Assembly: GCA_964642015.1 (NCBI GenBank)
Contig: CAZXLF010000006.1
Location: 58,661-122,660 of the forward strand
DNA: 64,000 nt
Origin: an uncultured Planctomycetia bacterium
GTDB lineage: Bacteria > Omnitrophota > Gorgyraeia > 2-02-FULL-51-18
Reading direction: 5' to 3'
Numbering within the stretch: position 1 is the stretch's first letter; the number at the start of each line of letters is the position of its first letter. Shown here one piece after another: positions 1 to 10,924 of the stretch. The notes under the pieces were generated by a model. The model saw only the letters and a list, made by a program, of their open reading frames with translations, searched no databases and was not told where the DNA came from. The position numbers were made by a program, and so were the translations under genes.

Positions 1-690
1 CGCCGCGATGACTATAAAACCCAAGATACCTAGATAACCGCACGGGTAGAACGCAATGCCGAATTTAGGCAAAAAATCCACGATAGCGATATAGGCGATG
101 CTGAACGCGGTCAGCAATGATTTGATTCTCGCTTTGTGCGTTTCAGTCTGCGGTTTTTTAAATTCCTGCCAATAATTCCAAAGGCTTAATGCCATGACGC
201 CAAAAAATAAAACAAGATATGGGATGCTGTACAGCTCGTATTCCGGATAATATCCCCACGCGTAGCGCCCCAACTTTTGAATAATAAGGTCCGTGCCGAT
301 AATGACGCCCGAACAAACAGCCGATAATATAAAGTTTACCCACACCCATTCTTTACGCGGACCGTAAAGGCGGAGCACGCGGACCGTGAAATAATAGATC
401 GTGGATGGGATAAAAGGCACGCCTACATAGGCCGCCTTAGCCCACCAAAGGGCGACGCGAGGATCGTGTGCGGAATACATCGCGGTAAAAGAAAAAAGCC
501 AAACGCAGGCGGGTAATGTCATCAGAAAAAACGCAGTACCTATTGCCGAATAACGCTCACGGATCAGTACGGAAAGTCCGAAAAATAATATGATGGCTGC
601 CGTTATAAAAACCGGTAACGCAAAGATATTCCAATGGTAACTGGATGAAAGAAAAACCTTCCAAAGAATATCTATAGAATTTTGAGGCAT
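1..690 (-). CDS. Partial (runs off left edge) HisKA_7TM-type membrane sensor N-terminal region of a kinase/cyclase
   Basis: Manual translation from ATG at 690 (MPQNSIDILWK...ALWWAKAAYVGVPFIPSTIYYF...VDFLPKFGIAFYPCGY); multiple hydrophobic helices; AAGGT upstream; not in ORF track because it is open-ended. Confidence 0.7.
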   Translation of the reverse strand, partial: MPQNSIDILWKVFLSSSYHWNIFALPVFITAAIILFFGLSVLIRERYSAIGTAFFLMTLPACVWLFSFTAMYSAHDPRVALWWAKAAYVGVPFIPSTIYYFTVRVLRLYGPRKEWVWVNFILSAVCSGVIIGTDLIIQKLGRYAWGYYPEYELYSIPYLVLFFGVMALSLWNYWQEFKKPQTETHKARIKSLLTAFSIAYIAIVDFLPKFGIAFYPCGYLGILGFIVIAA

Positions 691-873
691 AGACTACCTT
701 TGAATTGTTAACCTTTAATAATATTAGTTAATTATACTTAAAATTATACCATATTGTAAACTGAAATTCCAATACCGGAACTTGTCAAGTCTGCTCAAAA
801 AGATAAGGGGGATGATTTCCAAGTTTCCGTGGATTTGATCTTCAAAAGAGACTCAAAAGGGATTGAATTAAAC

Positions 874-902
874 TTGAGAATCAAAGCATGCTGAAATATA
901 AT
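874..902 (+). promoter_or_regulatory. sigma70-like promoter of leuC
   Basis: TTGAGA-17 nt-TATAAT, 9 nt upstream of ATG 912; no SD. Confidence 0.55.
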
Positions 903-911
903 GTCTACTCC

Positions 912-2317
<1,406 letters not shown>

Positions 2318-2318
<1 letters not shown>

Positions 2319-2923
2319 TGAAACCGTTCCGATCACATAAAGGATTGATCGTAACCCTAGACCGTTCGAATGTCGACACAGATCAGATCATCGCTAAACA
2401 ATTTTTGAAATCCATTGCGCGGACGGGTTTTGGGGAACATTTGTTCCATGATTGGCGGACGCTTCCTAACGGAAAACCCAATTTCGACTTCCCTCTCAAC
2501 CAGCCGCGATTTAAAAATGCGTCCATTCTGGTGGCAAGAAGCAATTTTGGTTCCGGCTCAAGCCGCGAACACGCAGTCTGGGCGGTTCAACAATATGGAT
2601 TTCAGGTAGTCGTCGCTTCAAGCTTCGCCGACATTTTCAAAAATAACTGCTCTAAGAACGCTTTATTGACCATTGAGCTGTCGGAGACCGAGATAGATGA
2701 GATCTTCCGGATGGTTGAAAGATATCCGGGGCTTCAGGCGACTGCCAACGTCGATGAGCAACGACTGACACTGCACTTGCCCGAGGAGATCTCATTCCAC
2801 TTCGACATCGATGCAGGAGTAAAAGAGCGTCTGATCCACGGGTTTGACGATATCGGTTTGACTTTAAAAAAAGAGAGCGAATTAAAGGCCTTCGAGAAAA
2901 AACACGACGTACAGCTGGCTTAA
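2318..2923 (+). CDS. leuD: 3-isopropylmalate dehydratase small subunit
   Basis: NVDTDQII, NFGSGSSREHA, SFADIF; TAATG overlap with leuC. Confidence 0.96.
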
Positions 2924-3297
2924 TCTTTTCTGTTCTTTTCTTCGGATAAAAATTTCTCCACGGTTTTTTCGATCATCTCAGCGTCCGCGTTGTTGATCTC
3001 AGTGAAGTAAACTCCCGCCTCATAAGTGATCGGGTTACCGCTGGTTTCCATACGCACGACCTTGCCTATGCAATGGATCGGATTTTTATTCAAAGCGATG
3101 TTGATCTTCAGGTTAAGCGTCGTGCCTATTTTCAATTCATCATCATAATTAAAAAGCAGGCCGCCCTTGCTGATATTTTTGATCAGGATCATGTCCCAAT
3201 CTTTGGAAACGCCCTGAAACTGCATCCTGACAATAAACTGTTTATTGAGCCGTTTGAACTTTCTTTTTTCTGCGCCTGCGTATTGTGTTTGATCCAA
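2920..3297 (-). CDS. PilZ-domain (c-di-GMP receptor) protein
   Basis: EKRKFKR (RxxxR) and NISKGG (D/NxSxxG). Confidence 0.85.
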   Translation of the reverse strand: MDQTQYAGAEKRKFKRLNKQFIVRMQFQGVSKDWDMILIKNISKGGLLFNYDDELKIGTTLNLKINIALNKNPIHCIGKVVRMETSGNPITYEAGVYFTEINNADAEMIEKTVEKFLSEEKNRKD

Positions 3298-3459
3298 CTT
3301 TGGACTCCTTTGATATCCCGCGCCAGTACACCCTGCCTGTGACCGTTTAATACTTTAAATTATAGCTCGCAATATTTCAAATTTTTTATTTATCTTTTAG
3401 CCCGAAAATAGTATCCTAACCTCTTTTGATTCGCAAGCAAATCTGAGGTGAGGTAAAAT

Positions 3460-3894
3460 TTGAAGAAAACGTTGTTGGTCTTTCTGATAGTCGCCGGTGC
3501 AGGCTTTTCGAAAGAATCCTACGCTCAGCCCAAAGTGTCTCCTCAAGCAATAGAAAATTTCGTAAGAAGAATGTGCCCGATGACCAATGATCCGCGCGGA
3601 GCGCTGCTTGAGAAAAGATTCCATATCACCGAATACCGAGACGGCAAATGGACATGCGATGACCGCGCCGAAGTGGCCAAGAGAGTTGCCATCGCCTACG
3701 GCTATGGCGCTGTTTACGGGATCGACAAAACTTCGGATCCCAATGTCTTTCACCGCTACGTGATCTTGTCGGACAAAGAGGGTCATCAGCATACGATCAT
3801 GAGATCGCGCGTTGATCCCCCTCCTCCGCCTACATCAGCACAGATTTTAATCCAAAGCCACAGGGCTCTTCCGGCTGCTTTGCATGGCTTTTAA
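3460..3894 (+). CDS. Hypothetical secreted protein
   Basis: Signal-peptide-like N-terminus, GAGGT SD, TTG start. Confidence 0.55.
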   Translation: MKKTLLVFLIVAGAGFSKESYAQPKVSPQAIENFVRRMCPMTNDPRGALLEKRFHITEYRDGKWTCDDRAEVAKRVAIAYGYGAVYGIDKTSDPNVFHRYVILSDKEGHQHTIMRSRVDPPPPPTSAQILIQSHRALPAALHGF

Positions 3895-4464
3895 AAGCTT
3901 CTCGTGATGCTGTTCCAATTTTTTCAATGACGCCTCAAGCATTCCGACTTTTTTCTCTAGCTCAGAATTTTTTGATTCCAGCTCTTCCTTCTTTTTAAGT
4001 TCCGCGGCAAGCTGAGTCGAAATGCCCTGAAGTTTCGAAGCCAGATCACCGATCTCTGCATTCTTCTCTTTCAATTGCTCGCCGAGCTTCTCTGCATCAG
4101 ATTTAGACCTGGCTTCCAGTGCGTTCATCTCTTCCGATTTTTCTTTAAGCGCAGTTTCGTGTTTCTCCGCATCCTGCTTCATCTGTGCATCAAGCTTGTT
4201 CAACTCCTCATTCTTCTGGCCTATTAAAACGCTGTATCGGTCATTGGCGTCTTTTAATTTTGCGGTCAGGTCATCTATCTGATTCTGTAATTCGTTAGTT
4301 ACGTCGATCTTGTCGTTGTTCAACGTGTCGATCTTAGATTGAAGCTGTTGAACTTTGGCTTCGGCGGCATTAGCCCGGCTATTTTCTCGGATGCAAAGAA
4401 ATAGCAAAATGAATAAAGCTGCAACAAGCGCGATCGTGATCGATCTCTGCTGTGATATGCCCAT
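3847..4464 (-). CDS. Membrane-anchored coiled-coil protein
   Basis: N-terminal TM helix then long heptad K/E/L-rich region. Confidence 0.7.
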   Translation of the reverse strand: MGISQQRSITIALVAALFILLFLCIRENSRANAAEAKVQQLQSKIDTLNNDKIDVTNELQNQIDDLTAKLKDANDRYSVLIGQKNEELNKLDAQMKQDAEKHETALKEKSEEMNALEARSKSDAEKLGEQLKEKNAEIGDLASKLQGISTQLAAELKKKEELESKNSELEKKVGMLEASLKKLEQHHEKLLKAMQSSRKSPVALD

Positions 4465-4581
4465 GGCGTTCTCCGTCGCTGAATAGTGTGTGTTTCGGGA
4501 AAATATGGTAACAGATTTCGGGAAAATAAAAAACCGCCGGAATGGCGGCCTTTGGATATAATCGTTTTCTAAAAACTTAAA

Positions 4582-4725
4582 CTATTTGTCCCACCAGGAC
4601 AAAATCACGGGCACTGCTAACGGCTGAATATTGCCAATTTCAGCCAGGTATTTTCTGAATCGGCTGATCGTCGATTCTTCAAGCTGGATATCCATTCTCT
4701 GATCCATCAGTTCATGGTATTTCAT
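4582..4725 (-). CDS. Small 47-aa hypothetical protein (MKYHELMDQRMDIQLEESTISRFRKYLAEIGNIQPLAVPVILSWWDK)
   Basis: Purine-rich SD (AGAGGGGGG) before ATG 4725; hairpin ccgcc/ggcgg plus T-run downstream; below ORF-track cut-off. Confidence 0.5.
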   Translation of the reverse strand: MKYHELMDQRMDIQLEESTISRFRKYLAEIGNIQPLAVPVILSWWDK

Positions 4726-4817
4726 CTCGCCCCCCTCTTTTAAAGATGGTCCTATGATGCCATAGCCACGTTAAAATATTATGAACCGATTGTAAATTCT
4801 ATGTTAACAAGTTGAAA

Positions 4818-6608
4818 CTACTGAAAGAGCTTGCTGAGGACTTTTTGATAGGATTGCTCTTGCGTTCCGTCGCCCGAAGACGCGGCGGCCGATGAGGAAG
4901 ATTGACCCTTCGCGATCGCTTTTTGGAGCGCCTGCGATATCAACTCGTTGCCCTTAGTCTCCATGACCTTGGAAAATATAAAACTCATATCAGGCTCAAT
5001 GACGAGATTGCGCACATTGCCACGTATTTTTACAGGGATCACAAGTCTTTTATCATTATCCAAAATATACTGGATCTGCGGAGCGCTCTGTGCGATGACC
5101 TCTGAAAGTCCGGGATCGATCACGAACGTAGCATCAAAACTGACCGCACCTTCCAAACTCACTCTCCCGGCCGTGCGCAATTCAAAACCCTCCAGCACGA
5201 TCTCAAGGTTAGGAATCATCAACACGCCATCCGTGATCTCCACAGGAAATTGTATCGGCGGCAAAATCGTATCATGTTTTTCAAAAATATGCTTATACTG
5301 CAAAGGCAATTGGTTATTGACTGCATCCCCGACGCCTGGAATCTGAGACAATTTATCAAACACAAGTTTCAGGATGTTGAGATTCACGATGGCGCCTTCA
5401 GTCAAAGAAATACTGCCTTTTCCGGTCAAGCTTTTAGAGATCGGGGGCCAAGTCAGGCCGTTAGCCTCTCCATTGAATGTGGCAGAAAAATTTCCATGAA
5501 GCTGGGGCGTATAAGCCTGCGGTTTTGGTATGGCTCGAGCCAATGAAATTTTTTCGACGCGGAGTCCTACCATGGATTGGGGAGCAGCGCCCATATAATT
5601 TTGCGAAGCACCGGTAGCGGTGACTTTTCCATCAGCAAAATCCGCAGAAAAATTCTTCAGTTGGAGCTGAGTCCCTTTTGCATTGGCTTTAAAATTCACA
5701 TTCTCAAGCGGGCTCATAAGCGATGCGGTAAAAATCCGGCCTCCCGTCAGATCAACATCAGCATCCAGATCCGAAAGGCCTTTTCCATCAATCTTCAAAT
5801 GCCAAATCGTTCCGTCCAAACGGCCCAAGAGTTTGTCTTGAAGTCCTGCGCTTTTAAGCGAAGGGGCCGCATCCATCAGCTGATCCAGTTTAATATTCGC
5901 CAAGTCAAGACTAGTCTTGAACTCCTCAAGCACATAAGGTCCTGTCATGGATGCAATGCGGATACGGCCTTCCAAATGCAAGTTTTGTGTGGAATTAAAA
6001 ATACCCATATTCGCTTGAAAATCGACCGTATTAGAAAATGACAGATTTTTGATCAAAATATCCAGACGATGGATAGGCATCTGCAGCGGCGCGGAAGGAG
6101 ATCTGTCGTAATAGCCGATCTCGGCACCTTCTACTTTGACACTGCCGATAATGACAGCGGCCGCAAGCGATGCTGACTCTGAACGGGCGTGATTAGAAGA
6201 TTTGGCTTTATTAGGAGGGGGTGGGTTGATGCCATTAATATGAATGGAGCCATCCGCTTCTTTGATGACATTGAACTTGGGCCGTACCAATCTGATCGAA
6301 CCAATCTCCAGCCTTTTGCCTAGAAGCGGGAGCAGACGTACGCTTAGAACAGCGCGCTCCAAGTAAAGCGCGGGCCTGTCCAAAGTTTTCTTGTCACGAT
6401 AGATAGCCAGCTCTCGGAGCTCAAGCGCAACACCATTGCTCCATCCCAAGGATATCTCGCCGATGGCTACAGGGCTTCCAATGGCCGATTCAATACCCTT
6501 CGTGATTTGTGTTTTATAGTGATTAATATCAAATGTAGCCAGAAAAATAGCTAACACCGTGCCAAGAGCGACGGCAGTCCCTATGATGCCTATTAATATT
6601 TTTCTCAT
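4818..6608 (-). CDS. AsmA-family protein
   Basis: N-terminal TM, FDINHYK...I...IG pattern, beta-rich repeats, AsmA-like C-terminus (IPVKIRG...PD). Confidence 0.8.
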   Translation of the reverse strand: MRKILIGIIGTAVALGTVLAIFLATFDINHYKTQITKGIESAIGSPVAIGEISLGWSNGVALELRELAIYRDKKTLDRPALYLERAVLSVRLLPLLGKRLEIGSIRLVRPKFNVIKEADGSIHINGINPPPPNKAKSSNHARSESASLAAAVIIGSVKVEGAEIGYYDRSPSAPLQMPIHRLDILIKNLSFSNTVDFQANMGIFNSTQNLHLEGRIRIASMTGPYVLEEFKTSLDLANIKLDQLMDAAPSLKSAGLQDKLLGRLDGTIWHLKIDGKGLSDLDADVDLTGGRIFTASLMSPLENVNFKANAKGTQLQLKNFSADFADGKVTATGASQNYMGAAPQSMVGLRVEKISLARAIPKPQAYTPQLHGNFSATFNGEANGLTWPPISKSLTGKGSISLTEGAIVNLNILKLVFDKLSQIPGVGDAVNNQLPLQYKHIFEKHDTILPPIQFPVEITDGVLMIPNLEIVLEGFELRTAGRVSLEGAVSFDATFVIDPGLSEVIAQSAPQIQYILDNDKRLVIPVKIRGNVRNLVIEPDMSFIFSKVMETKGNELISQALQKAIAKGQSSSSAAASSGDGTQEQSYQKVLSKLFQ

Positions 6609-6629
6609 TTATTCACGATCTCTTAAAAT

Positions 6630-7163
6630 TCAGCTTTGTACTTTCTTAAAACTTTTAATCACTATCGGACGGCCGTTCCTGTCCACATAGGTCAACACAA
6701 TATCTCCCTGATGAGGCATCTGATCTCTCTTGGCTGCAGGAAGTTTTACCAGCGCTTCCGCCGGAAGATCTTTTGTCACATAACTGCACATACAGCGCTC
6801 AGGGTTTGGGGACTCGAGCTTAGTAATGCTTAGGACGCTTCCTTCATCGATACTGTACTTAGAAGTTGACGCGGCTTTGTTGAATTTATTAATCAGCGCT
6901 TTATCAGTTGAGATCGGCGTGGTGGAAATAACCTGCTTCACATCGCCTTTTCTGTCGAACATCAATCTCTGATAAGGCCAAGCAAAGGAATCTTTGGGAT
7001 CGATCTTGATCTTGGTGTTGATATCCCTCATATCCCAGGTGCCGATCAAATCCGACATAAAGCAGGGTCTGACTCCCTTCTCCGTCGCCGCAAAGACCGA
7101 ACACTGATATCCGCCGAGAAAAACAAAAAGGAACGACCAAACAAAAAGCTTGCAAAACCGCAT
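6630..7163 (-). CDS. Hypothetical secreted protein (lipocalin-like LIGTW motif)
   Basis: Signal peptide; SD AAGGA; operon context. Confidence 0.55.
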   Translation of the reverse strand: MRFCKLFVWSFLFVFLGGYQCSVFAATEKGVRPCFMSDLIGTWDMRDINTKIKIDPKDSFAWPYQRLMFDRKGDVKQVISTTPISTDKALINKFNKAASTSKYSIDEGSVLSITKLESPNPERCMCSYVTKDLPAEALVKLPAAKRDQMPHQGDIVLTYVDRNGRPIVIKSFKKVQS

Positions 7164-7175
7164 GGATGCTTCCTT

Positions 7176-7334
7176 TCAATATATCGAGTTTTTAACGGAC
7201 GACCGCCCGCTCAGTAAATTTTGAGCCGCAGTACTCGTGCTTTCTATATCCTTTCCCAACCCCTTCATGGTCTCGCACCCGACCAAAGACAAGGCCAAAC
7301 AAAGAAACGCGGCCACAATGAGCAATCGGTTCAT
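7176..7334 (-). CDS. Entericidin EcnA/B-like lipoprotein
   Basis: Lipobox LVGC followed by ETMKGLGKDIE. Confidence 0.75.
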   Translation of the reverse strand: MNRLLIVAAFLCLALSLVGCETMKGLGKDIESTSTAAQNLLSGRSSVKNSIY

Positions 7335-7344
7335 CGCGCCACGC

Positions 7345-7755
7345 TTAATCCCATTCTTCACTCCAAGCAAGGATCTCGCTGAAGGCCTGTTTTTGAGAAT
7401 CCAGGATCACAAAAATATTCTCTAATTTAAGGATCTGGAGCATGCTTCTCAGAGATTCGGGAATATTCATCAGGCCTAATTTAAAATTTTTCTGTTTTAA
7501 CTTCGAAAGCACTTTAACAAATCCGGCCACAGCCGCTGAGTCCACTTCTTCCACGCGTTTTAGGTCAAGCAGCACGCTTTTGTTGACCTTACTGTCCTTT
7601 TTCTTCGTATCCTGCAGAAAAGCCTGCACTTCCTGTATCGTGGAAATATCAAGGCGGCCTTTTAATTTAACGATCTTCAAATGCGGGTACTCATCCATAC
7701 TTTCCACAAATGAAGGAAGATCATCTTTGCCGCTATTAAAAAAACTGATGGCCAT
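7345..7755 (-). CDS. STAS-domain anti-sigma factor antagonist
   Basis: LKGRLD, LLDLKRVEEVDSAAVA with phospho-Ser; start placed at MAISFF. Confidence 0.85.
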   Translation of the reverse strand: MAISFFNSGKDDLPSFVESMDEYPHLKIVKLKGRLDISTIQEVQAFLQDTKKKDSKVNKSVLLDLKRVEEVDSAAVAGFVKVLSKLKQKNFKLGLMNIPESLRSMLQILKLENIFVILDSQKQAFSEILAWSEEWD

Positions 7756-7836
7756 GCTTTTTATATAATTCCGTGATGTAATTATCCTATTGAATCGCGG
7801 AATAGTCAAATAAACAAACGAGTCTTATTTATCACC

Positions 7837-7871
7837 AAAAAAATCCCGGTCAGTTATATGCTGACCGGGAT
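7837..7871 (-). terminator. Rho-independent terminator
   Basis: atcccggtcag/ctgaccgggat stem with A7 on + (T-tail on -). Confidence 0.75.
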
Positions 7872-7905
7872 CTTATAATAAGCGTACAGTCGTGAAAATA
7901 CAGGG

Positions 7906-8187
7906 TTATGGCTTACAAACTGCGCAAGGTTTATAACCTGCCTTCTCGGCTTCCGCCTTTGTTTTGAAGGTAATCTTATTTTCGGGCTTGATATTCTTCG
8001 CAAGACCGCATGTCGCTCTGTGATATTTGCCGCCCTCTTTTGATGCTACAAGAAGCTCTGCTTTCTTTTGAACTTTCTTGGAAGCATCAACAGTTTCGGC
8101 TGCGAATACCGGTGCGGTAGTTTGAAGAAAAAGTGCGGCCGCCAGAACCAATAAAGTATTTGCGAACATGATTTTCAATAGTTTCAT
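7906..8187 (-). CDS. Secreted protein with Ada-type metal-binding domain
   Basis: Signal peptide; KYHRATC...AEKAGYKPCAVCKP. Confidence 0.8.
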   Translation of the reverse strand: MKLLKIMFANTLLVLAAALFLQTTAPVFAAETVDASKKVQKKAELLVASKEGGKYHRATCGLAKNIKPENKITFKTKAEAEKAGYKPCAVCKP

Positions 8188-8340
8188 CGGATCTCCTTTT
8201 TTCTATATTATCGGCGCTTTTTTAAGCGTCGATAGTACAAGCTTATAGCAAACTACCTATCGCTTGCATGAATTTTGGATTACAAAATGTTCATGTTGAG
8301 CGGCAGTTCCGCCAGGAACAGGCCTGTGGATTAGCAAAAA

Positions 8341-8994
8341 TCAATTACCTTTTTCAGAGTCGCCGACGGCATTCTCCGCATCTTTCTTTGCTTTTTCGAT
8401 CATGTCCTGCACAGATGAAGTGTTAGTGCCCTGATACATAGACGCCATGTTAGGGATCGCCATGGATTGATAATCCGACGGGACCTCAAATAACGATTCC
8501 GGCTGCGGGTTTGCGCTGATATTTTTATACTCCACGCTCCATTTCCCGTCTTCGGACGCCACCTTGACCGGAATGCCGTTCGAATCGATCCACTGGAATA
8601 CCGTCGTGGTCCCTTGTCCATCTTTGTAAGTCACTCTAAATTTATCGGTATCTTTCCCATCGATCGTCTCTTTACCCATGGCCACACGGTCGACTTCCCC
8701 TTCGGATTGCACAGCTGTCTTTGCCGCCGCCAATCTGTCGATCGGATGCTCCATATACATTTTCTCGGACGGCATTAAAACATAAGATACTTTACGGTCC
8801 AGACGCGAGATCGTGATCGCCTCCGGCATCTCAAAACGCATTTTATCCTTGGACACGAACATTTTTCCCGACATTGTCTGACCGTCAGCCTGAGTAATCA
8901 CATCGGCTGAAAATTCCGGCTGTTGTGCGGCCAAGACTGGCACGGTAAATATCGCCGCTGAAATTAAAATCGCCTGGATAATCTTGCGAATCAT
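8341..8994 (-). CDS. DUF4412-like periplasmic protein
   Basis: Signal peptide; EFSADV, GKETIDG..T.KF, LFEVPSDY. Confidence 0.7.
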   Translation of the reverse strand: MIRKIIQAILISAAIFTVPVLAAQQPEFSADVITQADGQTMSGKMFVSKDKMRFEMPEAITISRLDRKVSYVLMPSEKMYMEHPIDRLAAAKTAVQSEGEVDRVAMGKETIDGKDTDKFRVTYKDGQGTTTVFQWIDSNGIPVKVASEDGKWSVEYKNISANPQPESLFEVPSDYQSMAIPNMASMYQGTNTSSVQDMIEKAKKDAENAVGDSEKGN

Positions 8995-9019
8995 GAAACA
9001 CTCCTCTCTTTTGTTTTCT

Positions 9020-9057
9020 AAAAAAATCCCCCGCTTCCTTTTCAGAAAGCGGGGGAT
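9020..9057 (-). terminator. Terminator of csp
   Basis: atcccccgctt/aagcgggggat stem with A-run. Confidence 0.8.
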
Positions 9058-9076
9058 GTTCAGAACTAACGTCTTC

Positions 9077-9283
9077 TTATGAAAGCTTAACGACGTTGGT
9101 GGCTTGCTCGCCCTTGGGGCTGCTCACGATATCAAAAGATACCTGCTCGCCCTCTGCTAAGGTCTTAAAACCCTCGCCTTGGAGCGCTGAATAATGGACG
9201 AATACGTCCTTCTTACCGCCCTCGGGGGTGATGAAACCATAGCCTTTTTGGTCGCTGAACCACTTGATTGTTCCTTTTGCCAT
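9077..9283 (-). CDS. Cold-shock protein (CspA family)
   Basis: GTIKWF, KGYGFI (RNP1), DVFVHYS (RNP2). Confidence 0.97.
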   Translation of the reverse strand: MAKGTIKWFSDQKGYGFITPEGGKKDVFVHYSALQGEGFKTLAEGEQVSFDIVSSPKGEQATNVVKLS

Positions 9284-9429
9284 TTAATGTTACCTTCTTT
9301 TATTTTACTTATTGTGACTAATGTCTTTGGCCCTACAAAACAAAAAAACCGCGAATTAAGTAAGGTCCGCGGCTTCTATAACATATTCTGTGTAAGCTTC
9401 AAAAACAACCTATACTAACTACGGTCTGA

Positions 9430-9457
9430 AGTATAACAGAATCCGACGGAATGTCAA
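9430..9457 (-). promoter_or_regulatory. csp promoter with ~140-nt 5' UTR
   Basis: TTGACA-16 nt-TATACT with extended TGn; a long leader is typical of csp genes. Confidence 0.65.
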
Positions 9458-9467
9458 GCAATCGATC

Positions 9468-9926
9468 TCATCCTCTGTTTAGGGCCTTGCCGGAATACTC
9501 CAACATCTTCTTTTCCGTCCAGCGGACAGCTTCATCGAACTTTTTCCGGTCAATCTTGAAATCCCTGATCTTTTGATCATGGCTTTTCTGCAAGTAAACC
9601 AAAAGATCATTACTTAAGATCTTAACGGAGCTTTCGATCTGCGATTTTATGGTCGTTTCCGGAAAATAAACACGTTCTACTTTCCGGCCGGGCATTTCAT
9701 CCACGTGAATGTGATAATGCCCCCGCCCCTCTCCGAAGCAATCGCACCGAATAACCTCTCTATCATGGATATAAAGAGAAGCTGCGGGTCCCGCGCCAAT
9801 ATCGAGAACTTTCCAGAATACATGAATGCAGGCGCCTTTTTGGATAGGACGGCAAACAAGATCTTTTCTTACTTTGATAAAACGCCTTGCGATCCTGTTT
9901 TTAATGATCCGCAGGCCCGCGAACAT
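9468..9926 (-). CDS. Hypothetical protein
   Basis: Translationally coupled (TAATG) to GT2 gene; GHYH motif. Confidence 0.6.
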   Translation of the reverse strand: MFAGLRIIKNRIARRFIKVRKDLVCRPIQKGACIHVFWKVLDIGAGPAASLYIHDREVIRCDCFGEGRGHYHIHVDEMPGRKVERVYFPETTIKSQIESSVKILSNDLLVYLQKSHDQKIRDFKIDRKKFDEAVRWTEKKMLEYSGKALNRG

Positions 9927-10924
9927 TATTTTTTAAACCATTCACCATAACCGAGAAGTTGCGCTTTCAAAGCTCTTAATAACTTCCGCGGAATGCCGAA
10001 CCAGGATTTTATCTGATAGCCGCATTCATCCAAAAATAATCCGAACCGCGACGGGAACATTCTAGGCACCAAGCCAAGCTTGGCATTCAAGATCACTAGA
10101 AAATCAAGCCACCTTCCGCCTTCGGTGATATCAATGTTCCATTTTTTCTTGAAATGCTCATAACCCGCAGCGATCGCAGCAGTGTCCCATTTGAATAAAA
10201 AAGGAGGGATATCTTCAACGTGCGTGATACGGACCGGATAATAAAAATACACGACTGACGCCGGCTCGAACCACATCGTGCATCCGGCCTTCGCCCAGGT
10301 GAGTCCGGAATCAACTTCTCCCACTTCCCGCAATTTTTCATCGTAGACGCCGAGCTTTCTGGCTGTTTCCGCGACGACCAATTGACAATGAAGCTCGCCG
10401 TAGCCGGTCGGCTCGCGTTTTAAATTGCAATTTTCATAAAAAGCCTGCCGGCCATAACGCAGTTCTTTGCAACCAAACGCCTGTCCATTCTTATAAGTAA
10501 TGTAAAGATCGTTCCCGGCTGTGTGGATCTCGTTTTCTTCATCCAATACGATCGGCACGACCATCGCAGCGCCTGTTTCATTCAGGCATCGGATCAAAGG
10601 CGCAAGCCAGCCGGGCCTGACAAAAACGTCGTTGTCCATCAGCATAGCTAGCCGCGTTTTGACTTCACGTAAACCCACATTGCGTGATTCGGAAGGATTT
10701 AACAGTCTTGGACCAAATAAGAAACGAACCTTTCCTTCAAAATCCTTTTTCAATTCGCTTTGGACATTCGCCGGCGCTCCATCCATCACCGCAATAAACT
10801 CGTAAGGCTCGGGAGTATTTCGGATGATATGATCCAAACATTTTTTGGTCGTCGAAAAACGGTCTCTCACCACGACGACAATCGTGCATTTTTCAATATC
10901 GCTCATATCAGATATCAACCCCAA
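9926..10924 (-). CDS. Glycosyltransferase family 2
   Basis: TIVVVVRDR, SRNVGL, MDNDV (DxD). Confidence 0.85.
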   Translation of the reverse strand: MGLISDMSDIEKCTIVVVVRDRFSTTKKCLDHIIRNTPEPYEFIAVMDGAPANVQSELKKDFEGKVRFLFGPRLLNPSESRNVGLREVKTRLAMLMDNDVFVRPGWLAPLIRCLNETGAAMVVPIVLDEENEIHTAGNDLYITYKNGQAFGCKELRYGRQAFYENCNLKREPTGYGELHCQLVVAETARKLGVYDEKLREVGEVDSGLTWAKAGCTMWFEPASVVYFYYPVRITHVEDIPPFLFKWDTAAIAAGYEHFKKKWNIDITEGGRWLDFLVILNAKLGLVPRMFPSRFGLFLDECGYQIKSWFGIPRKLLRALKAQLLGYGEWFKK

